This document shows, one piece after another, positions 30,683-41,165 of a DNA stretch of 64,000 bases. The DNA comes from Vulcanimicrobiota bacterium. GTDB taxonomy: Bacteria > Vulcanimicrobiota > Vulcanimicrobiia > Vulcanimicrobiales > Vulcanimicrobiaceae. The notes beneath the pieces are model-generated. The model had not been told where the DNA came from and searched no databases. It saw only the letters and a list, made by a program, of their open reading frames with translations. A program made the position numbers and the translations under genes. The DNA lies in the NCBI GenBank assembly GCA_963723515.1, contig CAVRQT010000003.1, positions 672,001 through 736,000 on the forward strand, in the 5' to 3' direction. Each line of letters starts with the position of its first letter. Within the stretch, counting starts at the first letter, position 1.

Positions 30683-31774
30683 CTAGACAAACTCTCGCGC
30701 CGAGGGGACCGTGACGCAAGCCGCGACCGCGCGCCGCAGCACGCGTGCGGGGAGCTCGATGCCGCGTTCGACATCACCAATCGCCAGCGGCAGCACGAAC
30801 TGAAGACGCCCCCCTTCACGCTTCTTGTCAACGCCGAGGCACCGAAAAATCTCCTCCGCGGGGACGCTTGTTCGTAGCGGCAGGCCAAGTAAGGCCAGCA
30901 GCGTGAGGACCCGCCCGTGCTCGACTCGGGTAAATCGACCGATCGCGAGCGCGGCGACGCCTGCCGCCCGCAATCCGATTGAAACGGCGGCGCCGTGCGA
31001 AACGCGATATCGGCTCGCACGCTCGATCGCATGCGCAAAGGTGTGACCTAGGTTCAGGATATCGCGAGCGCCGGCTTCGGCCGCATCGTCAGCGACGTGC
31101 ATGGTCTTCACTTTTATCGCTTCTTCAACGACCTCGTTCCACGGCCAGCTTGGAAAGGGCAGCGCGGCGACCTCTTCCAGCAACGTGAACAAAGGGTTGC
31201 CTTCGATGATGGCGGCCTTGACGATTTCGGCGAGGCCCTCGCGAAGGCGCGCGTACGGCAACGTTCGCAAAGCGTCGAGGTCGCAAAAGACCGCGCTCGG
31301 CTGATGAATCGTTCCCGCGAGATTTTTTCCGCGCATCAGATTGACGGTCGTCTTACCGCCGATGGCGGCGTCAACCATCGCCAGTAGCGTCGTCGGAATT
31401 CCAATATACTCAACGCCGCGCATGCAAAGCGCGGCGGCTAACCCAAAGAGATCCGCGGCGAGACCGCCGCCGACGCCGAGGATCACCGATGAACGTTCGA
31501 TTCCTGCGTCGATCAAGGCATCCAAAACGCGCTCGACGTTTTCAAGCGTTTTCCCGCGCTCGTCTAATGAAAAGCGTTGAATCTGTCCGCTTTTCTTGAT
31601 TCCTCTAGTGAAGTGCTCCGCGAAGGACGCGACGTTTCGATCGGCCACGACGAAGACGCCGTTGCGATTCCCTAAGAACCGTTGAAGTTCGCTCCGAAGG
31701 GTATGTCCCACGACGATCGGATAGCCGAGATCGTCGTTGCGGATCAAAGAGCGAGTCTCTTGCGATGCATCCAC
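30683..31774 (-). CDS. aroB: 3-dehydroquinate synthase
   Basis: GGG..DL, PTTLLAMVDAAIGGKT, LNLGHTFAHAIE, HGAAV. Confidence 0.95.
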   Translation of the reverse strand: MDASQETRSLIRNDDLGYPIVVGHTLRSELQRFLGNRNGVFVVADRNVASFAEHFTRGIKKSGQIQRFSLDERGKTLENVERVLDALIDAGIERSSVILGVGGGLAADLFGLAAALCMRGVEYIGIPTTLLAMVDAAIGGKTTVNLMRGKNLAGTIHQPSAVFCDLDALRTLPYARLREGLAEIVKAAIIEGNPLFTLLEEVAALPFPSWPWNEVVEEAIKVKTMHVADDAAEAGARDILNLGHTFAHAIERASRYRVSHGAAVSIGLRAAGVAALAIGRFTRVEHGRVLTLLALLGLPLRTSVPAEEIFRCLGVDKKREGGRLQFVLPLAIGDVERGIELPARVLRRAVAACVTVPSAREFV

Positions 31775-32265
31775 TCGACGATGTGATCGACGATCTGCGG
31801 TGCTCGAAGATGATCCGCAGTTACGGTCAGGTCGGAACTTGCGTAGCTCGCGCTTCGCTTCTCGTAAAGCTCTCGAATGTGGTGGAGCGATGGATGCGGT
31901 CCAAGCAACGGCCGCACGCGGCGACTGTGGGCGAGGCGCCCGGCAATCACTTCGACCGGCACCTTAATGAAAATCCGATACGTGTGCTTCTTCAGGAGTT
32001 TGAACGTTGGCGGAAAGGTCGCCGCGCCGCCGCCGAGTGCGAGAACGGATGGACTATCTTCGACGGCGCGTGCGATCACATCGTGCTCGTACTCACGAAA
32101 CGCCCCTTCGCCGTGGGCGTAAAAGATGTCGGCAATCGGTCCATGCTCGCGCGCGACGATTTCATCGACGTCAACGAAGCGCAGTTTCAGCTTTCGTGCG
32201 AGACGTTTGCCGATCGTGGACTTACCCGCGGCCATGAAGCCCACGAGCGCGAGGTGATTGCGCAC
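31744..32265 (-). CDS. aroK: Shikimate kinase
   Basis: GFMAAGKSTIG, GEGAFREYE, LGGG, RPLL. Confidence 0.93.
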   Translation of the reverse strand: MRNHLALVGFMAAGKSTIGKRLARKLKLRFVDVDEIVAREHGPIADIFYAHGEGAFREYEHDVIARAVEDSPSVLALGGGAATFPPTFKLLKKHTYRIFIKVPVEVIAGRLAHSRRVRPLLGPHPSLHHIRELYEKRSASYASSDLTVTADHLRAPQIVDHIVEWMHRKRLAL

Positions 32266-32269
32266 GGCG

Positions 32270-33445
32270 CTACTGCGAAGCGCCCCTCCGCCGACGGGGC
32301 TTACCGAAAAATTCGTCGGCTGCACGCGTCGACTGTTTGAAGTTGGCCACGGTTTCATCCAGGGAATCGCCGCCGTATTTCTCGAGAATAGGCCCGGTCA
32401 ACGCCAGGCGAACCATCGCCTCGCCGACGATCGACGCGGCCGGCACAACACAGACGTCGCTGCGCACAACGGTTGCCGGTGCGGCGGAACGCTCGTGCAA
32501 GTCAACCGATTGCAGCGGCTTTTGTAACGTTGCCAGCGGTTTGACGTAGGCGCGCAAAACGACCGGTTGTCCGTTTGAGATACCGCCTTCGATACCGCCC
32601 GCTCGATTCGAGACGCGTCCAACCTCAGAGCCGCTGACCGAGAAGGCGTCGTGCGCCTGCGAACCGGCACGGGCCGATATCGCCGTGCCGGCGCCGACTT
32701 CCACCGCTTTGACGGTTTGCATTCCCATGAGCCCGCCGGCAAGGATCGCATCCAAGCGCGTATCGGGCTGGCGATTTGACCCGATTCCAGCGGGAAGCCC
32801 GTCGATCTGCACGACGTACGTCCCACCCAGCGTGTCACCGGCTGTAGTCGCTGCGTCGATCGCTGCTTCCATCTGTTTGGTCGCATTCGGATCCGGGCAA
32901 CGGACGCTGCTTCGCTCGATTGCAGATCGGTCCGGATCGCTATGCTCGGGCGCCTTGACATCGCCGATACTCCCGACGTAAGAGAGCGTTTCGATTCCTA
33001 GTATCTTCAGCAATTGCGCGCAGATCGCGCCGAGGGCAACGCGCATCGCCGTCTCCCGCGCGCTGGCGCGCTCGAGGACGTTGCGTAAATCAGCGTGCCG
33101 ATACTTGATCGCGCCGGCATAGTCCGCGTGTCCCGGTCGCGGTGCGGTCAACGGTGGTCCCGTCCCGGTTAAGGGATCCATCAGCGCGCGGTTATTGTTA
33201 TAGTCGCGGTTTCGGATCGCGACTGCAATGGGCGACCCCAATGTTTTTGAACCGCGCACGCCCGCCAGAAACTCGATCGCGTCAGCTTCAATCTGCATCC
33301 GCTCGCCACGGCCATAACCGCCTTGCCGCTTTGCGAGCAGAGCGTTGATTGAGGTAACATCGATCGGCAGATGCGCAGGCAGCCCGTCCAGGATGCCGAC
33401 GAGAGCCGGCCCGTGCGATTCGCCGGCGGTAAGGTAGCGGAACAC
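32270..33445 (-). CDS. aroC: Chorismate synthase
   Basis: TAGESHG, PRPGHAD, ERASARETA, GGIEGGISNG, RSDVC. Confidence 0.97.
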   Translation of the reverse strand: MFRYLTAGESHGPALVGILDGLPAHLPIDVTSINALLAKRQGGYGRGERMQIEADAIEFLAGVRGSKTLGSPIAVAIRNRDYNNNRALMDPLTGTGPPLTAPRPGHADYAGAIKYRHADLRNVLERASARETAMRVALGAICAQLLKILGIETLSYVGSIGDVKAPEHSDPDRSAIERSSVRCPDPNATKQMEAAIDAATTAGDTLGGTYVVQIDGLPAGIGSNRQPDTRLDAILAGGLMGMQTVKAVEVGAGTAISARAGSQAHDAFSVSGSEVGRVSNRAGGIEGGISNGQPVVLRAYVKPLATLQKPLQSVDLHERSAAPATVVRSDVCVVPAASIVGEAMVRLALTGPILEKYGGDSLDETVANFKQSTRAADEFFGKPRRRRGASQ

Positions 33446-33463
33446 AGGGACGCTACCTTTGCT

Positions 33464-34732
33464 TTAGGGTGAGCGGCGGCCCCTCTGCTTAAAGCTCTGC
33501 GTCGTACCGGCACCGCGCATCGCGACGAAGCGCGGCGTGATAATGAAGCACAGTTCATCCTTTATATGTGCGCGCCGGCGCGCGGCAAATACGGAGCCGA
33601 GCACCGGCAGCCTCTCGAGAAAGGGCGCGTTTGCGATCGAGGCGGCGTCGAGATCGCTGAAGACGCCGCCGAGCACGATCGATTGCTTTTCCTGGAGCTG
33701 CAAGGGGAACGCGCGTTGGCGCGTTACGAGCGCCTGCGCTGGCCCCGCGAAGCGTTCCGGAATCCGGTAAGACGCCTGCACGAGCGCTGCGATGCCGGTG
33801 GCGTTCGGCGCTGACCTGATGCTGAGCTCCGCTCCAATCGGAATCAGTTGGCCCTGTACCCGAGTTGCATCGATGAGCATCGGGTACCGGTCGCCGGCCA
33901 ACACGGTAACCGTTCGGTCGCGACGGCTTGCAACGTGCCAGCTTCCTAGACTCGTTGCTCGGCCTGCGCCGTTCAAAAATCGAAGATCTTTTCCGAGCGC
34001 ATCCGTATTCTCGATCAACGCATACATCGCGCGGCCGGCTCCCGATGGCGGCGCATTACTGAGCTCTTGAGCGATATCCGTCTCCCCTGGCGTCAAATGT
34101 ATGTCGAAGAGGCGCACTTCGATCGATACCGTTTCCTTCTTACTGTCCAGGCTCTTGAGCAGCGCGCTTGCCGTGTCCAGCGTGCTCGCATTTCCGACGA
34201 TAACGATTTCCTTGCGGCGGTCGTCCGCAATGTACGTCGCCGCTGGAAGCACGTCGCGCAACGCGTCAAGAACGGAGGATGGGCTGAGGACTTGCAGCTG
34301 GATCGATCGGACGGCGACCGAGGAATCGATTGTCGGCGCGATGTCCTGGGGACTGGAGGCGATAACAACGGCCGGCAAGAGCCTATCGATATTCGCGCTT
34401 CGTTTTAGCGTCGGAAGAACATGGGAGGGTGCATCTACCGCCGGCAAAGCGCGCGCAAGAAGATAGACATTCCCTTCGCGCATGACGTGCAAACCGTGCG
34501 TACGCGCGAGCAGCCGAAGAATCGTGTAGAAGCTTGCATCTTCGATTCGAAGCGTTACGCGTTCGCGCCCGACCGATGAGCTCGCCATGACGTTTTCGCC
34601 CGACTGTGCTGCTAGCATGAAGATCACGTCGCTCAAGCGCGCGTTGCGAACATCGAGCGAGATCGGCGCATCTCGCTGTGTTACGCCCACGCAAAGCAGG
34701 CACGAAACAACGAAAGTGAGTTGCCGAATCAA
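33464..34732 (-). CDS. Divergent secretin (PilQ/GspD-like)
   Basis: ISLDVRNARLSDVI N-domain, N3-like segment, C-terminal PFLERLPVLGSVF...ELCFIITPR secretin motif. Confidence 0.8.
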   Translation of the reverse strand: MIRQLTFVVSCLLCVGVTQRDAPISLDVRNARLSDVIFMLAAQSGENVMASSSVGRERVTLRIEDASFYTILRLLARTHGLHVMREGNVYLLARALPAVDAPSHVLPTLKRSANIDRLLPAVVIASSPQDIAPTIDSSVAVRSIQLQVLSPSSVLDALRDVLPAATYIADDRRKEIVIVGNASTLDTASALLKSLDSKKETVSIEVRLFDIHLTPGETDIAQELSNAPPSGAGRAMYALIENTDALGKDLRFLNGAGRATSLGSWHVASRRDRTVTVLAGDRYPMLIDATRVQGQLIPIGAELSIRSAPNATGIAALVQASYRIPERFAGPAQALVTRQRAFPLQLQEKQSIVLGGVFSDLDAASIANAPFLERLPVLGSVFAARRRAHIKDELCFIITPRFVAMRGAGTTQSFKQRGRRSP

Positions 34733-35253
34733 TGTCCGACCGGGATCGGCTGCTGCATGCCGGAAAGCCGCAGTCCGCCCATTCCGATCGCCGCAATCCT
34801 GCGTCCGTCAACCACGTCTCCTACCGTGACGATGCGCGTCTGTCCATGAACCGCGATGATCGCATGCGGCGATCCGCCCGCGCTTACTGCTAGAACGTGC
34901 TCTTGAACGGCTATTGGCGCTGCAACTTCACGAGCGTCTCGAGCGTGCTGAGATCGGCGCGGTCTCGCTGTTAGCGGCTGCGCGATCGTCACAAGCCGCC
35001 GCGCCGGCTTTGGATTGCTGCGGCGAGCGATCGTGCGCCGCACTTGCGCGTGATGTAAAGGGGACGGAGAAAGCGCGACTATTGCAGCATACTGAGGAAC
35101 GGCGTCTGGCGGTTTGGTATGAATCCGCAATCCGGCAAAGAGCGCAATAGTAACGCCGCCCGCAACAGCGGCGATCGTTATGATTCTCCGATAACTCGAT
35201 CCGTGAAGCGGGCTTCGAGAGACATCCGAGTGCAGAAAATCGAAGCGCTTCAT
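34729..35253 (-). CDS. Bitopic membrane protein with PilP/GspC-like C-terminal beta domain
   Basis: One TM helix; AIIAVHGQTRIVTVGDVVDGRRIAAI; lies between pilM and the secretin. Confidence 0.55.
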   Translation of the reverse strand: MKRFDFLHSDVSRSPLHGSSYRRIITIAAVAGGVTIALFAGLRIHTKPPDAVPQYAAIVALSPSPLHHAQVRRTIARRSNPKPARRLVTIAQPLTARPRRSQHARDAREVAAPIAVQEHVLAVSAGGSPHAIIAVHGQTRIVTVGDVVDGRRIAAIGMGGLRLSGMQQPIPVGH

Positions 35254-35256
35254 CGT

Positions 35257-36120
35257 TCAGGCGGCCCACGTGCTGAGGCCGCCGGCCAAATTCCAATCCG
35301 TTCCGCTCGTTGGATTGCCGCCGAAAAGCGGCGATTCGGGAATTGAAACCTCGCAGCCGCTCGCAGCGCGCAGTCCATCTGCGAGGCCGCGTAGGCGAGC
35401 GCCGTTCCCTACGAGGGCGACTCGATGAACCGGTTTATCGCGTCGGCACGACGAAATCGCACCCGAGAGCATCCTTAAGAGCGAATCTGCTGCTGCTTCG
35501 CCCGCGCCGGTCGCGCCATGAATCCGTTTTCGCGCTTCGGCGCTGTGCGCGTCGATCGCGAGGTCGTCCATAATTTGCGACGTTATGCCTGCGCCGCCGA
35601 TTGAAATCGAGAGCGTGCGTGGAACGGGGAAACCAAAGCGATGCACGCTTGTGCGCCGATGCCCGATGTCGATGATGACGTCGTAGTCCGGTAAGGCGCG
35701 GGCAAGCGCAAACGCTTCATGGTCCGCCGCGATTGCCTGCAGGCCCGAATCGGCAATGATCGCTAGCACTTTTTGAAGGAATTTGCGATCGACGGTTCCG
35801 ACGGCGTGGAGCGCCTTTTTCTTGTCGATCGTGTGCCGGCGCAGGACCCGATCCTGTGACGACGTGGCAACGGAGCTGGTGCCTTGCCAACCTTTCTTTA
35901 GCTGCTCGCACCGCAGTTCAGCATGCGGCGTGCCGAGCGCAAAGACGCAGCGCCGCTCAGTTGTTTCGAGTTCCTTCCACGCTTCTGCAATGGCGTTGCC
36001 GGCTGAAGTGCCGTCCGTCACGTCGCGCGCCGCGCGCCTTGCAATAAAAAGAGCGCCATGCCGCAAACGCGATAAGACGATGCGCACGCGAGTAGCGCCG
36101 ATGTCGATCGCAAGCGGCAA
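35257..36120 (-). CDS. pilM: PilM-like actin-fold pilus assembly protein
   Basis: LAIDIGATRV, IIDIGHRRT, IGGAGIT, LVGNGARLRGL. Confidence 0.75.
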   Translation of the reverse strand: MPLAIDIGATRVRIVLSRLRHGALFIARRAARDVTDGTSAGNAIAEAWKELETTERRCVFALGTPHAELRCEQLKKGWQGTSSVATSSQDRVLRRHTIDKKKALHAVGTVDRKFLQKVLAIIADSGLQAIAADHEAFALARALPDYDVIIDIGHRRTSVHRFGFPVPRTLSISIGGAGITSQIMDDLAIDAHSAEARKRIHGATGAGEAAADSLLRMLSGAISSCRRDKPVHRVALVGNGARLRGLADGLRAASGCEVSIPESPLFGGNPTSGTDWNLAGGLSTWAA

Positions 36121-36122
36121 CG

Positions 36123-36845
36123 TCAGCGCACGGCGCAAAGCGGAGCGATCTTTCGAAGCGCGCCGCGGTGCATGCGGGAAACATGCCGCGGCGAGTAACC
36201 GAGTTGCCTCGCGATTTCGAGTTGGCTGAAGCCGCCGTTGTAGACGCCCCACAACACGGCGCGCTCGGTGTCGTTGAGAATGGAAGTGGCGGCGTCGATC
36301 TGCAGGCGATCTAACGTCGCGTCGATGGTCGCTTCGCTCCCCAAGGCGCTTTGCGCGGGAGCAAGCGATTCAAGGGAGGTTGCAGTGGAGCGATTGCGGC
36401 ATTCGTCTGCTGCAGCCAATTCGGCTGTCGTGATGCGGAGATGCTTCGCAAGCTCCGCATCCGTCGGCTTACGCATGAGCGCTCCACTCAATTCTTCATA
36501 CGCGCGCCGCACTTTCAATTCGAGCGACCGGAGTTTGCGCGGCGGGCGAATCGGGCGTTCCCAGTCACGCACGTAATGCATCAGCTCCCCGATAACAAAA
36601 AGCCACGCATACGCTTCGAACGGTGTTCCGACCGCGGCCTCATAGCGGTCGCAAGCCTTTAAGAGGCCGATCGCGCCCACTTGCTCGAGATCGCATCGTT
36701 CCAAGCCCGGCCGCATGAACTTGCGGGCTGCCCGAACGCACAAGTACTCATGCGCATGGACGAGACGGCTTCGGTTCTCAGGCGTTCGCTGCTGAAGCCA
36801 TCCCCGCAGAGCAACTTCCGCTGTACTGCTTGCATCGCGCATCAA
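36123..36845 (-). CDS. Sigma-70 family group 3 factor (SigB/F/G-like)
   Basis: DLEQVGAIGLLKACDRY, FEAYA..IGELMHYVRD, RKPTDAELA, SQLEIARQLGYSPRHVSR. Confidence 0.9.
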   Translation of the reverse strand: MMRDASSTAEVALRGWLQQRTPENRSRLVHAHEYLCVRAARKFMRPGLERCDLEQVGAIGLLKACDRYEAAVGTPFEAYAWLFVIGELMHYVRDWERPIRPPRKLRSLELKVRRAYEELSGALMRKPTDAELAKHLRITTAELAAADECRNRSTATSLESLAPAQSALGSEATIDATLDRLQIDAATSILNDTERAVLWGVYNGGFSQLEIARQLGYSPRHVSRMHRGALRKIAPLCAVR

Positions 36846-36917
36846 GCAGCATTATCGCAACTTGCGCTGCCGGTTTCTTAACGCGAAGGCAAAGTCGTTT
36901 TACTTATGCACAGTCGC

Positions 36918-38036
36918 CTAACCGCGATAGCGCAGGAAGGCCGGCACCTCGATGTCGTCCATGCTGACGGGCGCAACCTTATCGATTGGCGCGTCGAACT
37001 TGAATGACGCGACGCGCCCCTCATAGCGGCGCGAGCTTCCGAAACCGGCAGCGAGAACCGTCACGCGCACCTTTCCGGCCATGTTCGGATCGATCGAGGC
37101 GCCGAAGATGATCTGCGCGTCGGAATCGACGGCACGGCTGATCATTTCGGCCGCTTCGTTTACCTCGTACATGGCCATATCGGGACCGCCGGTGATATTG
37201 AAAATGACGCCGCGTGCGCCGTCGATCGTTGTCTCAAGCAACGGCGACGCAATCGCTTTCTGCGCGGCATCAGCCGCACGGTGTTCGCCCGTCCCGTCAC
37301 CGATGCCCATCATCGAATTGCCCGCTTCCGCCATCACCGTCTTAACATCGGCGAAATCGAGGTTGATCAAGCCGGGCTGCGTGATCAGATCCGAGATACC
37401 TTGAATGCCTTGGCGCAGTACATCGTCGGCTAATGCAAACGCATCGTTGAGCGGCGTCTTCTTTTCGATCACCTGAAGAATGCGCTCGTTCGGGATCGTG
37501 ATCAGCGTATCGACCTTTCCCTCAAGTTCGGCGATGCCCATCTCGGCGATCTGCATCCGCTTGCGGCCCTCGAAGGCAAACGGCTTCGTGACGACCGCAA
37601 CGGAGAGGGCGCCGGAATCACGCGCGAGCTCCGCGATGACGGGCGCCGCTCCGGTTCCCGTCCCGCCGCCCATTCCCGCGGTCATGAAGATCATGTCGGC
37701 TCCGTCGAGCATCATCGCTAGATCTTCGCGTGACTCATCGGCGGCTTCCCGGCCAAGATTCGGATTCGCACCGGCGCCCAAACCGCGCGTCAAACCCGCG
37801 CCGATATGAACCGTGTTCTCAGTCATCGACGCTCGTAAGGCTTGTACGTCGGAGTTAACGGCAAAGAACTCTACGCCGGACAGCCCAGCTTCGATCATCC
37901 GGTTGATCGCATTGCAACCCCCGCCGCCGACTCCAACGACCTTGATCGTGGCTGCGTGCTCGGGGACATAACGTTTCGCTTCTGACATCGCTGTGAGGGC
38001 CTCCTTAGAAACGTGCGGTTTTTTTGATTTACGCAT
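36918..38036 (-). CDS. ftsZ: Cell division protein FtsZ
   Basis: [23 protein letters not shown]-terminal DIEVPAFLR. Confidence 0.99.
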   Translation of the reverse strand: MRKSKKPHVSKEALTAMSEAKRYVPEHAATIKVVGVGGGGCNAINRMIEAGLSGVEFFAVNSDVQALRASMTENTVHIGAGLTRGLGAGANPNLGREAADESREDLAMMLDGADMIFMTAGMGGGTGTGAAPVIAELARDSGALSVAVVTKPFAFEGRKRMQIAEMGIAELEGKVDTLITIPNERILQVIEKKTPLNDAFALADDVLRQGIQGISDLITQPGLINLDFADVKTVMAEAGNSMMGIGDGTGEHRAADAAQKAIASPLLETTIDGARGVIFNITGGPDMAMYEVNEAAEMISRAVDSDAQIIFGASIDPNMAGKVRVTVLAAGFGSSRRYEGRVASFKFDAPIDKVAPVSMDDIEVPAFLRYRG

Positions 38037-38043
38037 AGCGAGC

Positions 38044-39264
38044 CTAATTCCAAAGATCGCCGAACCATCGGCCGAGCTTACGAAAGACCGTCGTTCCGCG
38101 ACGGCTGTAGTGTCCGTTGAGTGCGCCGCCGTCGCCGGGTCCGAACAAAACGAGGCCGATTGCCGTTGCGTACTCCGGCTGCGCGAGCGCTTCGGTCAGC
38201 CCAGAGAGCGATTTGGGCGCTCCAACTCGCACCGGAAGACCGAACGCCTCCTCTGCCAATGCCTCGATCCCGCGCAAGTGCGCGCCGCCCCCGGTAAGCA
38301 CGAGCTCACCCAAGATCAGATCGCGCGGCACATTGTCGATGATCTTTGTTTTCGCGAGCCGGAATGTCTCTTGAACGCGAGGCACGACGATTTGGCGCAA
38401 CTGGACCGTCGAGACCTCGCGTTCGCTTCGTCCGTCAAGCGTTTGCGCGACGAATGTGTGTGCCGGTTCATCCGGAATCGTCCCCGCGCCGTAGGCGCGT
38501 TTGATCTGTTCGGCTTGCGCGGTCGTCGTTTTCAAGCCGAGCGCGATATCGTTTGTGAGAATATTTCCGCCGACCGGAATCGTCGACGTGTAGATCGCCC
38601 CGCCATTGCTGTACACTGCGATGTCGGTCGTGCCCCCACCGATGTCGAGCAGAACAACGCCGACCTGCTTCTCTTCTTCCAGCAGCGTTGCGGCCGACGA
38701 TGCCAGCGGTTCAACGACGAGGCCGGCCGCCTCCAAGCCGGCGCGATGCACGCATTTGAGAACATTCGTGATAAAAGATGTGCCGCCGGTGACGATGTGT
38801 GTGTCGACCTCCAACCGGCCGCCCGCCATTCCAACGGGGTCGGCGACGCCATCCTGTCCGTCGACGGTAAATTGACGCGGCAATGCGTGGACGATTTGAC
38901 GATCGGCGGGAAGATTGATGATTTTCGAAGCGTCGACGACCCGCCGCACGTCTTGGGGCACGACTTCCCGCTCGGACCCGGTGACGGCAACGACACCGCG
39001 GTTGTTCGTGCTGCGAATGTGCTCCCCGGTAATGGCGACATAGACGTCGGAAATGTGGACGCCCGCCATTCGCTCGGCCTTTTCGGTCGCCGCTTCGATC
39101 GATTTGATCGTCTCTTCGAGATCGGTAACGACGCCTTTGCGCATGCCAAGGGAAGGCGCTTCTCCCACGCCGAGGATTTCGAGGCCGTTCGGACCTTCGG
39201 CCGCGACGACAGTGCACGTCTTGGTTGTTCCGATGTCGAGCCCGGCCACGGTGTCATGTCTCAT
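38044..39264 (-). CDS. ftsA: Cell division protein FtsA
   Basis: [24 protein letters not shown], amphipathic C-terminus. Confidence 0.97.
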   Translation of the reverse strand: MRHDTVAGLDIGTTKTCTVVAAEGPNGLEILGVGEAPSLGMRKGVVTDLEETIKSIEAATEKAERMAGVHISDVYVAITGEHIRSTNNRGVVAVTGSEREVVPQDVRRVVDASKIINLPADRQIVHALPRQFTVDGQDGVADPVGMAGGRLEVDTHIVTGGTSFITNVLKCVHRAGLEAAGLVVEPLASSAATLLEEEKQVGVVLLDIGGGTTDIAVYSNGGAIYTSTIPVGGNILTNDIALGLKTTTAQAEQIKRAYGAGTIPDEPAHTFVAQTLDGRSEREVSTVQLRQIVVPRVQETFRLAKTKIIDNVPRDLILGELVLTGGGAHLRGIEALAEEAFGLPVRVGAPKSLSGLTEALAQPEYATAIGLVLFGPGDGGALNGHYSRRGTTVFRKLGRWFGDLWN

Positions 39265-39421
39265 CGGCAAGGCGGCTCCGTCAAGACAGACGATGCCGCG
39301 ACGCTCAAAAGAGCACCGCCTGCGCGTCCATATCTTGTGTCACTTCCGATGCTTACTACAAATTGTAGAGTACTTGCCGTGCCATCGGCCGCCCTTTCCT
39401 CGGAGGCGGCGGCGCGGTCCT

Positions 39422-39462
39422 TGAGGATAAGCCTGTGAACGCATTGTGGACGCTGTGGATGA
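39422..39462 (-). promoter_or_regulatory. Cluster of DnaA-box-like 9-mers upstream of ftsA
   Basis: Minus strand: TTATCCTCA (39422-30), GCGTTCACA, GCGTCCACA, TCATCCACA (39454-62), all in the same orientation. Confidence 0.45.
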
Positions 39463-39471
39463 ACGTGTCTC

Positions 39472-40209
39472 TTAGCGCACAAAAACGACGACCGGCGTCT
39501 TTGCAGCCCGCAGATCGAGCGCACGAACCTTTCGCCCGTTTTGCGGTACTTGCGCGAGCACCGGATTAACGAGTCGTGCTTTGAGAACGATGTCGCTGTC
39601 GTCGCCGAACTCAACGAGAACGCCGGACCACAATCGTGCGTTGAGATTTCCCAGGCGATCGAGATGAAGAAATGCGACGGGGACGGAGGCGTGGAGCAAC
39701 GCTTTGCAATCCCGTGCTAATTGCGCGAGCGGCGCGGAAGTGAACTTCTTTCCGACCGCTGCATCCGCGACCGTTGCCTGCAGGAGCGGCAGATCCGTGC
39801 GCACGGGGCCGAGCTCCAAGACGTGAAGGTCGCCGTCAACCAGGACGCGCGACGTCCCATCCGTCACGATCGCAAACGGTTTGCGCTCTTGGACGACGAT
39901 CGTTACGTCGGCCGGCAGCCGGCGACGAATCTGCACGGTGTGGACATACGGAATCGCACCGATGCGCGCCGCAGCCGCGCCCGTATTTTGTAGCCAGATG
40001 TTGCGTTGCGGATCGAGGGCAGCCCGCTCGAGCACCTCCTGCTTTGAAACGACGTTCGTCCCCGTGACGGCGATGTGTCGCGCGTGAAAGCCTGGCCACT
40101 GCGCCCCATAGTAGGCCGCGACGGCAAGCGCAACCAGAGTAAGGACGATCAGAATCGAGAATGGCCGCATTCGCGCGACGATGTTCTTGCGCGTGCGATA
40201 ACCCGTCAT
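39472..40209 (-). CDS. ftsQ: Cell division protein FtsQ/DivIB
   Basis: TM helix, POTRA-like domain (IPYVHTVQIRRRLP), C-terminal LDLR; synteny with ftsAZ. Confidence 0.85.
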   Translation of the reverse strand: MTGYRTRKNIVARMRPFSILIVLTLVALAVAAYYGAQWPGFHARHIAVTGTNVVSKQEVLERAALDPQRNIWLQNTGAAAARIGAIPYVHTVQIRRRLPADVTIVVQERKPFAIVTDGTSRVLVDGDLHVLELGPVRTDLPLLQATVADAAVGKKFTSAPLAQLARDCKALLHASVPVAFLHLDRLGNLNARLWSGVLVEFGDDSDIVLKARLVNPVLAQVPQNGRKVRALDLRAAKTPVVVFVR

Positions 40210-41033
40210 GCGATCACGTACCGTTCGATCGCCTCAGCGACGCCATCGTGCGCGACATCCGCTACGACCGCATCTGCGACTTCGAGCAACTCCGCCGGGG
40301 ACGACGACATAGCGATTCCAAAGCCGGCGGCGCGCAGCAGCGGCACGTCGTTCCAGGAGTCGCCGATCGCAGTGACGTCCTGCGCCGCAACACCGGCGCG
40401 AGCAGCGACAAAATGCAGCGCCTGTCCTTTGTCAACCGATGGATTTAAGATCTCGATGAACTCGGGAAAACTGCGCGTGATATAGACCAGATTGCCGAAG
40501 ACCGACCGCAACGTTTCGGCGTACGCTTGCGCACGCTCGGGACGATCGATGACGACCATCTTCGTTGCATCGTTAAAACGAAATTCTTCCAATAGCGACT
40601 GAACGCGGATTGGGCGAACGCCCGAGAGAGAGGCATACAGCTCCGAGAACTCGTTTTCGTCTTGCACGTAAAACTGATCGTTCGCGTAAAGCTGTAAGTG
40701 CATGCCGTCTTCCAGCACGCGCTTCGAAATCTCGAGCACGAGCGAGTTCTGGACCGCGATGTGCTGAAGAACCTCATCGGAACTGGGGTCGACGATCGCC
40801 GCACCCTGATAGCAGATGATCGGCTGCTCGAATTCGAGTTGACGCGCATACGGTAGCGTCGCTTGAAACATCCGGCCGGTGACGATGCAACCGGCGATAC
40901 CGCGTGCTCTTGCGGCTTCAATCGCTTGCCGAACGCGCGGCCGTATCTGCAAATCGCGCCCGATCAGCGTTCCGTCGAGGTCGACTGCCAGAAGCTTCGT
41001 ATGCTGGCGCATGGCTCTGTTGCCGTTATCCAC
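40206..41033 (-). CDS. Cof-type HAD-IIB hydrolase
   Basis: DLDGTL, TGR, DKGQAL, IGDSWNDVPLL. Confidence 0.92.
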   Translation of the reverse strand: MDNGNRAMRQHTKLLAVDLDGTLIGRDLQIRPRVRQAIEAARARGIAGCIVTGRMFQATLPYARQLEFEQPIICYQGAAIVDPSSDEVLQHIAVQNSLVLEISKRVLEDGMHLQLYANDQFYVQDENEFSELYASLSGVRPIRVQSLLEEFRFNDATKMVVIDRPERAQAYAETLRSVFGNLVYITRSFPEFIEILNPSVDKGQALHFVAARAGVAAQDVTAIGDSWNDVPLLRAAGFGIAMSSSPAELLEVADAVVADVAHDGVAEAIERYVIA

Positions 41034-41165
41034 CTACGATTTTTTTGCGATTCGAGGCGCGACGAGGGAGCAATCCCGCGGGCATTGTGACCGAAGAGCA
41101 ACGCTGAAGCGCGATAGAAGCGTGGGTGGAGAACGGTGACGGGAGCCGTGCGTCAGCATACCTAC

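Noticed and set aside
37993..39438. 481-aa plus-strand ORF and other long antisense ORFs
   Set aside because: Shadow frames of well-supported genes (ftsA, gdh, dnaE), expected in high-GC DNA
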